46,593 bases of DNA from contig JAFCCG010000002.1 in assembly GCA_017610335.1 (NCBI GenBank), positions 1 through 46,593 of the forward strand, in the 5' to 3' direction. The stretch is from Chloroflexota bacterium (lineage in GTDB: Archaea; Iainarchaeota; Iainarchaeia; Iainarchaeales; GCA-2688035). The position numbers and the translations under genes are program-made. This document shows, piece by piece, positions 38,441 to 46,593 of this stretch; the stretch's first letter is position 1; each line of letters starts with the position of its first letter. The notes under the pieces are model-generated. The model did no database searches and was not told where the DNA came from. It was given only the letters and a program-made list of their open reading frames with translations.

Positions 38441-39184
38441 ATGCAGAAAAAATTTAACATTAACAAAGCATTCATTCTAGCAGGAGGACTTGGCACAAGA
38501 CTAAGGCCAATAACCCTTGAATTAAGCAAACTAATCCTTCCAGTACAGGGCAAGCCATGCCTGCAGTGGAACATAGAGCTTGCAAAAAGGTTTGGAGTAA
38601 AAGACATTACGCTTGCAGTTGGCTTCAAGCACGAACAAATTCAGGAAAAGTTTAAGAATGGAAAAAAGCAGGGTGTTGAATTACATTACAATGTTGAAGA
38701 AGGATATATGGGAACAGCAGGCGCACTCAAAATTGCAGAACCACATTTCAAAGGCGAGCAAAAATTCATTGGAATGAACGGAGATGAATTAAAAGATGTT
38801 AATTTTGCAGCAATGGCAAAAGTCCACGAAAAAAACAACGCTATTGTAACCCTTGCGCTTGCAACAGTAGCCTACACCAAAGCAGGCGGACTTGTAAGGC
38901 TTGAAGGCGAAAAGGTAACAGAATTCAGCGAAAAGCCACCAGACGAAGAAGAAGGCTTTAAACTAATTCATGCAGGAGCATACATTCTCTCGCCAAAGAT
39001 TTTTGAACTCATTCCAGCAGGAAAAAAAGTAAGCATTGAAAAAGAAATCTTCCCAAAACTTGCAGAAGAAGGAACCTTATGCGGAGTGGACATGGGCGAA
39101 AGGCAATTCCTCCAAACAGACACTTTTGAAAGGTATGACAAGGCAATCAGGGAATGGAAAGGATTTACAAAATCAAGCAGGTAA
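38441..39184 (+). CDS. NDP-sugar pyrophosphorylase (mannose-1-phosphate guanylyltransferase-like)
   Basis: LAGGLGTRLRPIT, GTAGAL, MNGDE, FSEKP, AGAYIL, SIEKEIFP. Confidence 0.88.
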   Translation: MQKKFNINKAFILAGGLGTRLRPITLELSKLILPVQGKPCLQWNIELAKRFGVKDITLAVGFKHEQIQEKFKNGKKQGVELHYNVEEGYMGTAGALKIAEPHFKGEQKFIGMNGDELKDVNFAAMAKVHEKNNAIVTLALATVAYTKAGGLVRLEGEKVTEFSEKPPDEEEGFKLIHAGAYILSPKIFELIPAGKKVSIEKEIFPKLAEEGTLCGVDMGERQFLQTDTFERYDKAIREWKGFTKSSR

Positions 39185-39189
39185 CAGAA

Positions 39190-39807
39190 ATGGCTGCAAA
39201 GAAAAAAACCCAATCGCCTCTTAGAAGAAGAATTAGACGCCGCATAAGAAAGCACATCAGACCAAAGCAAACAGGCCTGAAGCAGGTCTTCAAAGACGGC
39301 TTAATCTCCCACAGTCAGGTTCGCGTAGGCAAACCCGGACCAAAAAGCAACACCTTCCCAAAAGGAAAGCCAAAAGCGATTGTTGTCACAAAATTTAGGA
39401 CAATGAAGGACAAAGCGCACGAAGACTTCGGGAATAGGGGGAGAAAGGACGAGCACTATAAGACTTGGTTTGGAAAAATTGTAAGAAAACTTTATCACAT
39501 TGACGAGCTTCCGCAAATCATTAGCATCCTCAAAGGAGATCTCAGATTTACAGGAATAAGACCACTGCCAAAAAAGGAATACAGAATGCTTTCACCAGAA
39601 CTGAAAAAAATTTATGACGAAGTTGGACCAGGCCTTTTTGGATTAGTCTATGCCTGCAAAAGCAAAAATCCTACAATAAAAGAATTTACCCAAGTTGCAA
39701 ATGAATTCTACAAAATGTGGAAAAAAAATAGGGCAAAAGCATACCTTGTTTTTGGGAAAAGAAGCCTTATGGGATCCAAAGGCAGGGAACTTACAATAGT
39801 GGAATAG
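39190..39807 (+). CDS. Bacterial-type sugar transferase (monotopic phosphoglycosyl transferase) homolog with Arg-rich N-terminus
   Basis: RVGK, KFRTM, IDELPQ, GDL..GIRP, PGLFG motifs. Confidence 0.75.
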   Translation: MAAKKKTQSPLRRRIRRRIRKHIRPKQTGLKQVFKDGLISHSQVRVGKPGPKSNTFPKGKPKAIVVTKFRTMKDKAHEDFGNRGRKDEHYKTWFGKIVRKLYHIDELPQIISILKGDLRFTGIRPLPKKEYRMLSPELKKIYDEVGPGLFGLVYACKSKNPTIKEFTQVANEFYKMWKKNRAKAYLVFGKRSLMGSKGRELTIVE

Positions 39808-39932
39808 AAAAATAAATAGCTTTCAGATTATCCACTAAAAAGGCAGCCCCCCTAAAATCACAATTATACATTGCACAAGCCTTTAAATTCTTTTTTACAC
39901 AGAAAATTGTTTGTTAATTGGAGAATTTTTAA

Positions 39933-40484
39933 ATGGACTTGAGCAAAAAAATTCGGACAATTCCAAACTTTCCAAAAAAAGGCATTTTGTTCTACGACGT
40001 AATGAGCCTTTTCCAAGACGCCTCGGCCTTTCGGCAGGCGGTTGACGACCTGGTTGAATACTTTATGAAAAAAGACATGCACTTTGACAAAGTAGTAAGC
40101 ATGGAATCACGCGGATTCATCCTTGGCTCTGTTCTGGCATACGAATTCCACGCAGGATTTGTCCCGCTGCGAAAGCCTGGAAAGCTGCCATACAAAACAA
40201 TAAGTCAGGAATTTGAAAAAGAATACGGCAAGGACTCATTTGAAATACACGAGGACGCAATAGAAAAAGGGGAAAGCGTTTTGATTGTGGACGATTTGCT
40301 TGCCACATCGGGAACAATGAAGGCATCAATCGACCTTGTTGAAGCCCTTGGCGGAAAGATAAATGGAATCGCCTGCCTTATTGAACTAACATTCCTAAAA
40401 GGAAGAGAAAAAATAAAAGGATACGACCTGTACACCCTACTCAAATTTGACAGCGAAAAGGTTGAAGAGGGACAGCATGCCTGA
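39933..40484 (+). CDS. apt: Adenine phosphoribosyltransferase
   Basis: IPNFPKKGILFYD, ESRGF, RKPGKLP, IVDDLLATSGT. Confidence 0.95.
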   Translation: MDLSKKIRTIPNFPKKGILFYDVMSLFQDASAFRQAVDDLVEYFMKKDMHFDKVVSMESRGFILGSVLAYEFHAGFVPLRKPGKLPYKTISQEFEKEYGKDSFEIHEDAIEKGESVLIVDDLLATSGTMKASIDLVEALGGKINGIACLIELTFLKGREKIKGYDLYTLLKFDSEKVEEGQHA

Positions 40485-40920
40485 AAAAATTTCAAAAGGA
40501 AAGCTTGTGATAAGGGCGGCAAAGAAAAGCGAATTGGAAAGGTTCGAAATCAATCTTAGAAAAGACTTAGTGTAGCCTAAGCTTTTTGTCGCAGTTTATG
40601 ATGGCGAAATCGTGGGAGCAACTTTTGTCGGAAAGAGTCCAAAAAAGAACAATGGCATTATTCAAAATATCGAAATATTTGTTAAAGGGCTTAGAGATAA
40701 AGGAATTGGCCACAAGCTTTTGGGAAAAGCCCACTCCTATCTCCACAAAAAAGGTATAAAAGCCAGCACAACAACGGCAATAAGAGGAACAAGCGGATTC
40801 TACAAAAGCGCAGGTTATAGAGAACTAGAAAAAATCGGGCCTGTTGGCGACCACTTCTTCAGCAAAATGGTAAGGGTTCCAAAAAGGAAACAAAGAATCA
40901 TTAGGAGAAGAAGAAAATGA
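40477..40920 (+). pseudogene. GNAT acetyltransferase interrupted by one in-frame TAG (40573-40575)
   Basis: ATG 40477 is in frame with the 40612 ORF. LVIRAAKKSE...*PKLFVAVYDGEIVG...FVKGLRDKGIGHKLL...FYKSAGY. Confidence 0.8.
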
Positions 40921-40932
40921 TTGGAATAATCG
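40915..40932 (+). repeat. 18-bp direct repeat of the mtnP start (second copy 41617-41634) flanking the TA pair
   Basis: aaatgattggaataatcg occurs at both sites; decayed similarity continues for about 54 nt. Confidence 0.85.
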
Positions 40933-41020
40933 AAGGCAAAAGCCCTGGCAAACAGGAAATATTAAAAGAAATGAAAGATTTAAATATAACTTGCGATATA
41001 ATTTTATTATAGGTGATATT

Positions 41021-41215
41021 ATGGAAGTTTTGGTCAGGACAAGAAAAATTGGCGGTTCGATTGTTACAACCATTCCAAAGCCGGTTGTGGAAAAAGAAGG
41101 CATAAAGGGAAACGAATTTGTAAAGCTTGACATAAAAAAAGTCAAAAAAAGCTTTTTTGGAAAGCTCAAAGGAATTGGGCCCTTTACCGAAAAAGACGAA
41201 CTCAATATAAAATAG
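41021..41215 (+). CDS. vapB: AbrB/MazE-fold antitoxin
   Basis: RKIGGSIVTTIPK...EGIKGNE swapped-hairpin motif; GGTGA RBS; upstream of a PIN toxin. Confidence 0.85.
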   Translation: MEVLVRTRKIGGSIVTTIPKPVVEKEGIKGNEFVKLDIKKVKKSFFGKLKGIGPFTEKDELNIK

Positions 41216-41227
41216 GGAGATTAAGGC

Positions 41228-41617
41228 ATGAATGTAATAGTTGACAGCTATGCTTGGATAGAATACTTTGAAGGAAGCAAAAAAGGGCTTTTGGCAAAAG
41301 AAATAATAGAAAATGAAAATAATAGCATATTTTGTTCAGCATTAACAGTTTCAGAAATTGTAAGCAAAAGCGAGAGACTTGGAAAAGACAGCAGCCAATA
41401 TATTGAAGCAATGCAATCACTATCTCGAATTTTGAAAATAGACGAAAAGACAGCAATAGAAGCAGGAAAAAAACACGCAGCCATCAGAAAAAAAGTGAAA
41501 AACTTTGGGCTGGCAGATGCCTTTATCATAGTGCAAGGGGAAAAAGAAAAAGCAAAAATTTTAAGCGGAGACAAACACTTTAAAGAAATGAAAAATGCAA
41601 TCTTTATAGGCGATTGA
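41228..41617 (+). CDS. vapC: PIN-domain toxin
   Basis: [28 protein letters not shown]. Confidence 0.92.
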   Translation: MNVIVDSYAWIEYFEGSKKGLLAKEIIENENNSIFCSALTVSEIVSKSERLGKDSSQYIEAMQSLSRILKIDEKTAIEAGKKHAAIRKKVKNFGLADAFIIVQGEKEKAKILSGDKHFKEMKNAIFIGD

Positions 41618-41618
41618 A

Positions 41619-42407
41619 ATGATTGGAATAATCGGCGGCTCAGGCCTTGACGACCCAAAGCTTTTGAAAGAAGCAAACGAAAAGAAAGTTGAAACACCCT
41701 ATGGCAAGCCAAGCTCGCCTATTGCAATTGGAAAAATTGGCAATGTTGGGGTTGCAGTCCTTGCAAGGCATGGGAAAAAGCACGGGATAATGCCCTCAAA
41801 TGTTAATTTCAGGGCAAACATCTGGGCATTAAAGGAATTGGGGGTAAAGCACCTGCTTGCCACAACTGCCTGCGGCTCATTGCGCGAAGAAATCATGCCT
41901 GGGCAAATTGTTTTTCCCGACCAGTTCATTGACTGGACAAGCAAAAGGGCAAGCACTTTCTTTGACAAGAAAGAAGTATGCCATATTCCAATGGCAGACC
42001 CATTCTGCCCAAAAATAAGGGAAACACTTATCGAAACAGCAAAAGAACTCAAAATAGGCCACCACGAAAAAGGAACGGTTATTACAATAGAGGGGCCGCG
42101 CTTTAGCACAAGGGCAGAATCAAAAATGTTCAGGAGAATCGGCGGGGACATAATCAACATGAGCACAGTCCCCGAAGTTGTCCTTGCACGCGAAGCCGGA
42201 ATGTGCTATCAAAGCATTGCAATGGCAACAGACTACGACTGCTGGCGTGAAGAAGACAGTGTTGATATTGCAACAGTCATGAAAGTATTTGCAAAAAACG
42301 TTGAAAACGTGAAAAGCCTTTTGCTTGCATCAATTCCAAAAATCTCTTTTTCAGAATGCGAATGCCAAAAGCACATTAACAACGCGATAATAAAGCACGA
42401 AGACTGA
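41619..42407 (+). CDS. mtnP: S-methyl-5'-thioadenosine phosphorylase
   Basis: [45 protein letters not shown]. Confidence 0.93.
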   Translation: MIGIIGGSGLDDPKLLKEANEKKVETPYGKPSSPIAIGKIGNVGVAVLARHGKKHGIMPSNVNFRANIWALKELGVKHLLATTACGSLREEIMPGQIVFPDQFIDWTSKRASTFFDKKEVCHIPMADPFCPKIRETLIETAKELKIGHHEKGTVITIEGPRFSTRAESKMFRRIGGDIINMSTVPEVVLAREAGMCYQSIAMATDYDCWREEDSVDIATVMKVFAKNVENVKSLLLASIPKISFSECECQKHINNAIIKHED

Positions 42408-42432
42408 AGCAAAACCGTTCAAAAAAACAGGT

Positions 42433-42939
42433 TCAAAAGGCAAAGCCGTTCAAAAGCCCAAGCGTTACAGCAGTTACCATTGCAGCCGCTATCAGCACCC
42501 CGACCACGCAGGCAATTGCAAAATCCCGAAAACACACCCCAAGCAGGTAAGCAGCCAAAGCCCCTGTCCAGACACCTGAACCAGGCAAAGGAATGCCAAT
42601 AAAGATTGCAAGCCCTACTGCCCCGTATTTTTCAACAAAGGGCTTTGCTTTTCTCTGTGTTCTTTCCACAATTCTATTATATAATACTTTAATATATTGG
42701 ATTCTGGTAAAAAGCCTTACAAGAAAATCCAAAGCAAAATACAGAAAAAGACCCAAAAGAATGTTTGTTATTACCACAATTGGCAAAACCTCAAACACAG
42801 ACATACCAAACCCGTTTATTGTTCCAATCAAAGGCAGGTCAATTGGCTTATTCCAAAGCCCGAGTGGAATACTCCACCTTAATTCAAAAACAGGAGCAAG
42901 AGTAAACAACACAAGATAAAAAATATTATATAAGCTCAT
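42433..42939 (-). CDS. Small multi-drug export-like membrane protein (COG2426)
   Basis: PVFELRWSIP, FIGIPLPGSGVWTG. Confidence 0.82.
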   Translation of the reverse strand: MSLYNIFYLVLFTLAPVFELRWSIPLGLWNKPIDLPLIGTINGFGMSVFEVLPIVVITNILLGLFLYFALDFLVRLFTRIQYIKVLYNRIVERTQRKAKPFVEKYGAVGLAIFIGIPLPGSGVWTGALAAYLLGVCFRDFAIACVVGVLIAAAMVTAVTLGLLNGFAF

Positions 42940-43193
42940 AATTACACCAAAAGGGAAACTTAACACAGAAAGTTGGTTGTTTTATTTTCTGTTTGGAAAT
43001 ATTTAAATAAAGCTTCAGCAGAATTTTAAAGCTATTGGTAAAACAAGAAAAAAAGTAGTAAGGTAAAAAGATTATTTTGTGAGCGGAAAAATCAAGCTGT
43101 TTTAAGAGTTAATGTAGGGCAAAAAACTATTTTCAGCGGAAATTCTGGTGAAGCACTTTTCACCGGAAACCTGTTCTCTTTCAGTTTATTTAA

Positions 43194-44484
43194 GAAGGGA
43201 AAATGAATAAATACTTATCATGCAAGCTGTAAAAACTGTTAAGCTGAAGCTATTTAAGCCAACTAGGGTAAAGCGACAGTTGTTGTTTCTTTTGCAAGAG
43301 AATCAGCAACTGTTGAATAATTATATTGGTTTGATTGAGAAGCATAGTACAACCAACAAGTCGTTGTTGCACAGTCTTAGTTACAGTAGACTTCGTTCAG
43401 ACTATAAATTACCTTCTGCGATTGTGCAGAGTGCAAGGGATAAGGCAGTAGAGGCCTATAAGAGCTATAAAGCAAAGAAACGTAGAGGCGAAAAGTCTAG
43501 TAAACCTTGTTTTTCTGATCGTGTCCCTGTGCGACTTGATAAGAGAACATTTTCAGTGATTGAAACAGACAACAGGTTTAGGTATTTTGCTTCAATAGCA
43601 ACTGTTGAAGGCAGAGTTTTTGTTCCATTGCTTGGCCAACGTTACCAGTACAAGTATTTAGCAAGGTTGTTTAAAGGCGAGTTACAGCAAGGAACAGCAG
43701 AACTGCTACTAAAAGGAAACGAGTTTTACATCTATCTTGCAGTGAAAAAAGAGTTAAGCGTTCCTCGGCCTGATGCTAGCTTTACTCCTATTGGTATCGA
43801 CCTTGGCTTGAATAATCTCTTAACTTCTGTGATTTTGAGAGACAAGCCTTCTGGAGCAAAGTTTTTCAGTGGAAAGCCTGCATTAAAGATGAGAAAGCAT
43901 TTTTCCACATTCAGGACAAGCCTTGGGAAAGCTAAACTATTATGGCGAATCAAGAAAAGCAAGGAAAAAGAGTCAAGGTGCATGCGGGACATAAACCACA
44001 AGGCAAGCACAGCAATAATAAAACAAGCACTAACAGTCGAAAACCCAGTGATTATTTTAGAGAGACTGCGAGGAATAAGGCGAAAAGCAAAGTCTGGCAA
44101 AAAGCTTAATAGGATGCTGCACAGTTGGGCTTTTGCACAACTACAAAGTTTCATCGAATACAAAGCCAACTGGAATGGCATCCCAGTTGTGTATGTAAAC
44201 CCTGAGTTCACTTCGCAGCGTTGCAGTGTGTGTGGTTACACCGATAAAGCAAATAGGAAAGGAAATTCTTTTGTTTGCAGCAAATGTGGCTATCAACTGA
44301 ATGCAGACCTAAATGCAGCAATCAATATAGCAAAACAACATAAGAACTTTGCATTTGGCTATATGCTAGATGCACTGGGCGATGTGGCAACGCCCTTAAC
44401 CCCTGCAGTGAACAAAAAGGAACATAAAATGGTTTCAGTAGTCGACAGGGGAAGCCCATGCTTTTAGGCCTGGGAAGATGTTAC
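43194..44484 (+). mobile_element. Non-autonomous IS1341-like element (tnpB only, no tnpA in window)
   Basis: Right end GAAGCCCATGCTTTTAGGCCTGGGAAGATGTTAC resembles IS605/IS1341 ends; the left boundary is inferred and uncertain. Confidence 0.6.
43220..44467 (+). CDS. tnpB: TnpB RNA-guided endonuclease (IS200/IS605/IS1341 family)
   Basis: RuvC I GIDLG, RuvC II ILERL, TSQRCSVCG/CSKCG zinc finger, RuvC III NADLNAAINI; all catalytic residues intact. Confidence 0.95.
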   Translation: MQAVKTVKLKLFKPTRVKRQLLFLLQENQQLLNNYIGLIEKHSTTNKSLLHSLSYSRLRSDYKLPSAIVQSARDKAVEAYKSYKAKKRRGEKSSKPCFSDRVPVRLDKRTFSVIETDNRFRYFASIATVEGRVFVPLLGQRYQYKYLARLFKGELQQGTAELLLKGNEFYIYLAVKKELSVPRPDASFTPIGIDLGLNNLLTSVILRDKPSGAKFFSGKPALKMRKHFSTFRTSLGKAKLLWRIKKSKEKESRCMRDINHKASTAIIKQALTVENPVIILERLRGIRRKAKSGKKLNRMLHSWAFAQLQSFIEYKANWNGIPVVYVNPEFTSQRCSVCGYTDKANRKGNSFVCSKCGYQLNADLNAAINIAKQHKNFAFGYMLDALGDVATPLTPAVNKKEHKMVSVVDRGSPCF

Positions 44485-44502
44485 GTAGACTCATAAAAAT
44501 CA
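44350..44502 (+). ncRNA. TnpB omega-RNA (scaffold overlapping the tnpB 3' end, plus flank-derived guide)
   Basis: Stems at 44350-44374, 44377-44395, 44400-44405/44446-44451 and 44455-44474; ends GTTAC at 44484; predicted guide GTAGACTCATAAAAATCA. Confidence 0.75.
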
Positions 44503-44659
44503 CATTAAAGCGCGCGATATACCCTCAAAATGCAAAAAAGTTTTTAAATAGAATGACTCCAAAGTAGTACGAGCAAAAAGCTCAGATGCCAACATTAACA
44601 GACCATAAACAAATATACATAACAAATTCCTTCTGGTGAAGGAACGTGGGGGATTGGGA

Positions 44660-46593
44660 GTGATAAAAAAATTTGCCTTTCTGTTACTAACATTTCTAAT
44701 TTTAAGCGGGATTCCGGGGGAACCTACACTAGTTATAGGAATACTAACATAGATTTGAATGGCTCTGCCACAGACATCTACGGCGACATCACGAGCATCT
44801 ATTGGGAATATCCTACAGCAGACTGTATAATAACGGAATTCGAGGACATTAGTGACCCGCACAATGCCAAGAACAACGCAATAATCAGTTGCACCAGCAT
44901 AGGCGTTAAAGACCTCAATTTGATTGCCGACAACAACTATGGAGAGCAAACAATAGAGAGTACTAGCCTTACTATTTCAAACCAAGACCCAATAGCCAAT
45001 TTAGAAGAAGATGTTGTAACAGGAAACCCTACACTTACAGTTACTTTTACTGGATTTTGTTCTGACCTAGACGGAAATGGAACAATTAACACCTGTTTTT
45101 TGGATTACGGTGACGGAGAAGGAAAAGCAATATCGGGGCCACCTTATTATTTTACAGAAACACACAATTACGATACTGAAGGAACGTATTATGCAAAACT
45201 AATGGCAAATGACGACCAAGATATTAACGGTTCAGATATTGATGGAATTACTGTAACCCAACCATCCGCGCCGACGATAAACAATAAGAACCCAACTTCA
45301 AATATAAACAACGTACTGCCAACCATAAGTTTTGACGTGAACGATTCTGGTTCAGGGGCGAACATTGCTAGCCTTGCGCTTTTTGTTGACAATGAAACGG
45401 TAGCACCAACGACCACAGCATTTGGAAGCAGTTATCATGTTTCTTGGATATTTGGCTCAGCCATTTCAAATGATCACATAGTTTATGTTGGATTAAGTGT
45501 TGAAGATTCTCTTGGAAACAGCACAGGAGACGTAAACTGGAACTTTACAATCGACACAGAAGCACCAACGTTTGATGACATAGACGTTGCCGATTATACT
45601 AACGACAGCACGCCAACTATTTCATTAGAAGACGTTTCAGGCTCTCCAACAGAAATGGCTTTAAGCTGCGATAATTCAAACTGGAAAGGCTGGCAGGCAT
45701 ATTCTGCAAGCGTAACAGATTTTAGCATAACAAGCTCTTCATACGGCTGCCTTGACGGAAGCGAAGGAAATGTTGAAATTTACTTAAAGCTGCGTGATGA
45801 AGCAGAAAATGAATCAGACCCTGAAAATGATTCAAGCACCTATGACAATAGCAATCCTGATTCCCCGACACTTAACGTTGCAACTGCTGGAAATGAAGAT
45901 GTTTACTTAGACTGGCCCACTGTTTCAGACAACGGCCCAAGCGGCATTAAGGAATATGTTATTTATAGAAACAACTCGCAAATAGGCACTACAACCGACA
46001 CAGAGTATAATGCCGAAGGGCTCAGCAATGGAACTGAGTATGACTTTAAGATAAGAGCAAGAGACAACGCAAACAACATTTCCGGATATAGCAATGAAAA
46101 GAGTGCAACACCAACAAGCGGTGGAACAAGCAGCGACACAGTCGACACAAGTCCGCCTTACTTGAATTGGGAACTTCCAAACAGAGATAGCACTATAAGC
46201 GGAATTGTTACACTAAAAGTTTGGGTTTATGATGACGAAAGCACCCTTCACCCAGTCAGGTTTTATGTTGACAATGAAACCATAAACATTGGAAGCGACG
46301 GAAGCCCTTCAGGAGAAAGATATAGCATTGAATGGAACAGCGAAACAGTTGTTGACGGCACTCACACCTTAAAGGCTTTGGCAAAGAACAGGAGCGGTGA
46401 CGAAGACCATGACACAACAATCAAAACAATCACTATCACAACAAACAATGGCATTACAGAGATTGACGGAACAATAACCGATTCCATCGATGAAAACAAC
46501 GATGAAGATAAAATTGCCGCAGAAAACGCCCTTGATGTCGCTTCCGCTGTAAAGGAAACTGTTGATTCTTTACTTGCAGAGCTTGATGTTTTG
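44660..46593 (+). CDS. Large secreted/surface glycoprotein (PKD, Ig-like, FN3 domains); partial at window end; signal peptide out of frame
   Basis: GTG 44660 gives MIKKFAFLLLTFLILSG. A -1 frame is open to the window end: LDYGDG..HNYDTEGTY (PKD), IDTEAPT, YVIYRN..GLSNGTEYDFKIRARDNA (FN3), WNSETVVDGTHTL (Ig). Many N-x-S/T sequons. Confidence 0.85.

Noticed and set aside
40573-40575. Genome-wide stop-codon reassignment
   Set aside because: TAA, TAG and TGA all end conserved genes at expected positions; only one internal stop of this kind was seen.
43220-44467. TnpB as Cas12f/Cas14 or as a nuclease-dead TldR regulator
   Set aside because: No CRISPR array is adjacent, an IS-type right end is present, and the RuvC D-E-D residues are intact.
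44500-46148. Minus-strand ORFs 44500..44949, 45189..45416 and 45963..46148, and similar antisense ORFs across the window
   Set aside because: Shadows of well-supported genes on the opposite strand.

Overview
AT-rich archaeal DNA. TTTAAA/TTTATA TATA boxes sit about 25-30 nt upstream of many start codons, and GGTGA/GAGG ribosome-binding sites are present. Gene content suggests a DPANN lineage, possibly Iainarchaeota/Diapherotrites (inference only). About 39 kb is a surface-glycosylation island: GT2/GT4/GT-C glycosyltransferases, three flippase-type proteins, three nucleotide-sugar dehydrogenases, SDR epimerases/decarboxylases, nucleotidyltransferases (including RfbF), a split transketolase, three class I methyltransferases, three cobalamin-binding radical SAM enzymes and one other radical SAM protein. 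Next come apt and mtnP (interrupted by a GNAT pseudogene and a VapBC pair), a solo catalytically intact TnpB with a well-formed omega-RNA, and the 5' part of a large PKD/Ig/FN3 surface protein missed by the ORF track. The most unusual signal is architectural. (i) Blocks are bracketed by near-identical duplications of gene termini (817-1051/2619-2820; 9134-9304/12108-12278; 40915/41617). (ii) Genes and a whole nonulosonic-acid operon are collapsed into fragment mosaics. (iii) At least six short tandem 'stutter' repeats span stop codons. Together these suggest gene-boundary-anchored cassette gain and loss that diversifies the glycan. No CRISPR array, tRNA or rRNA could be supported.
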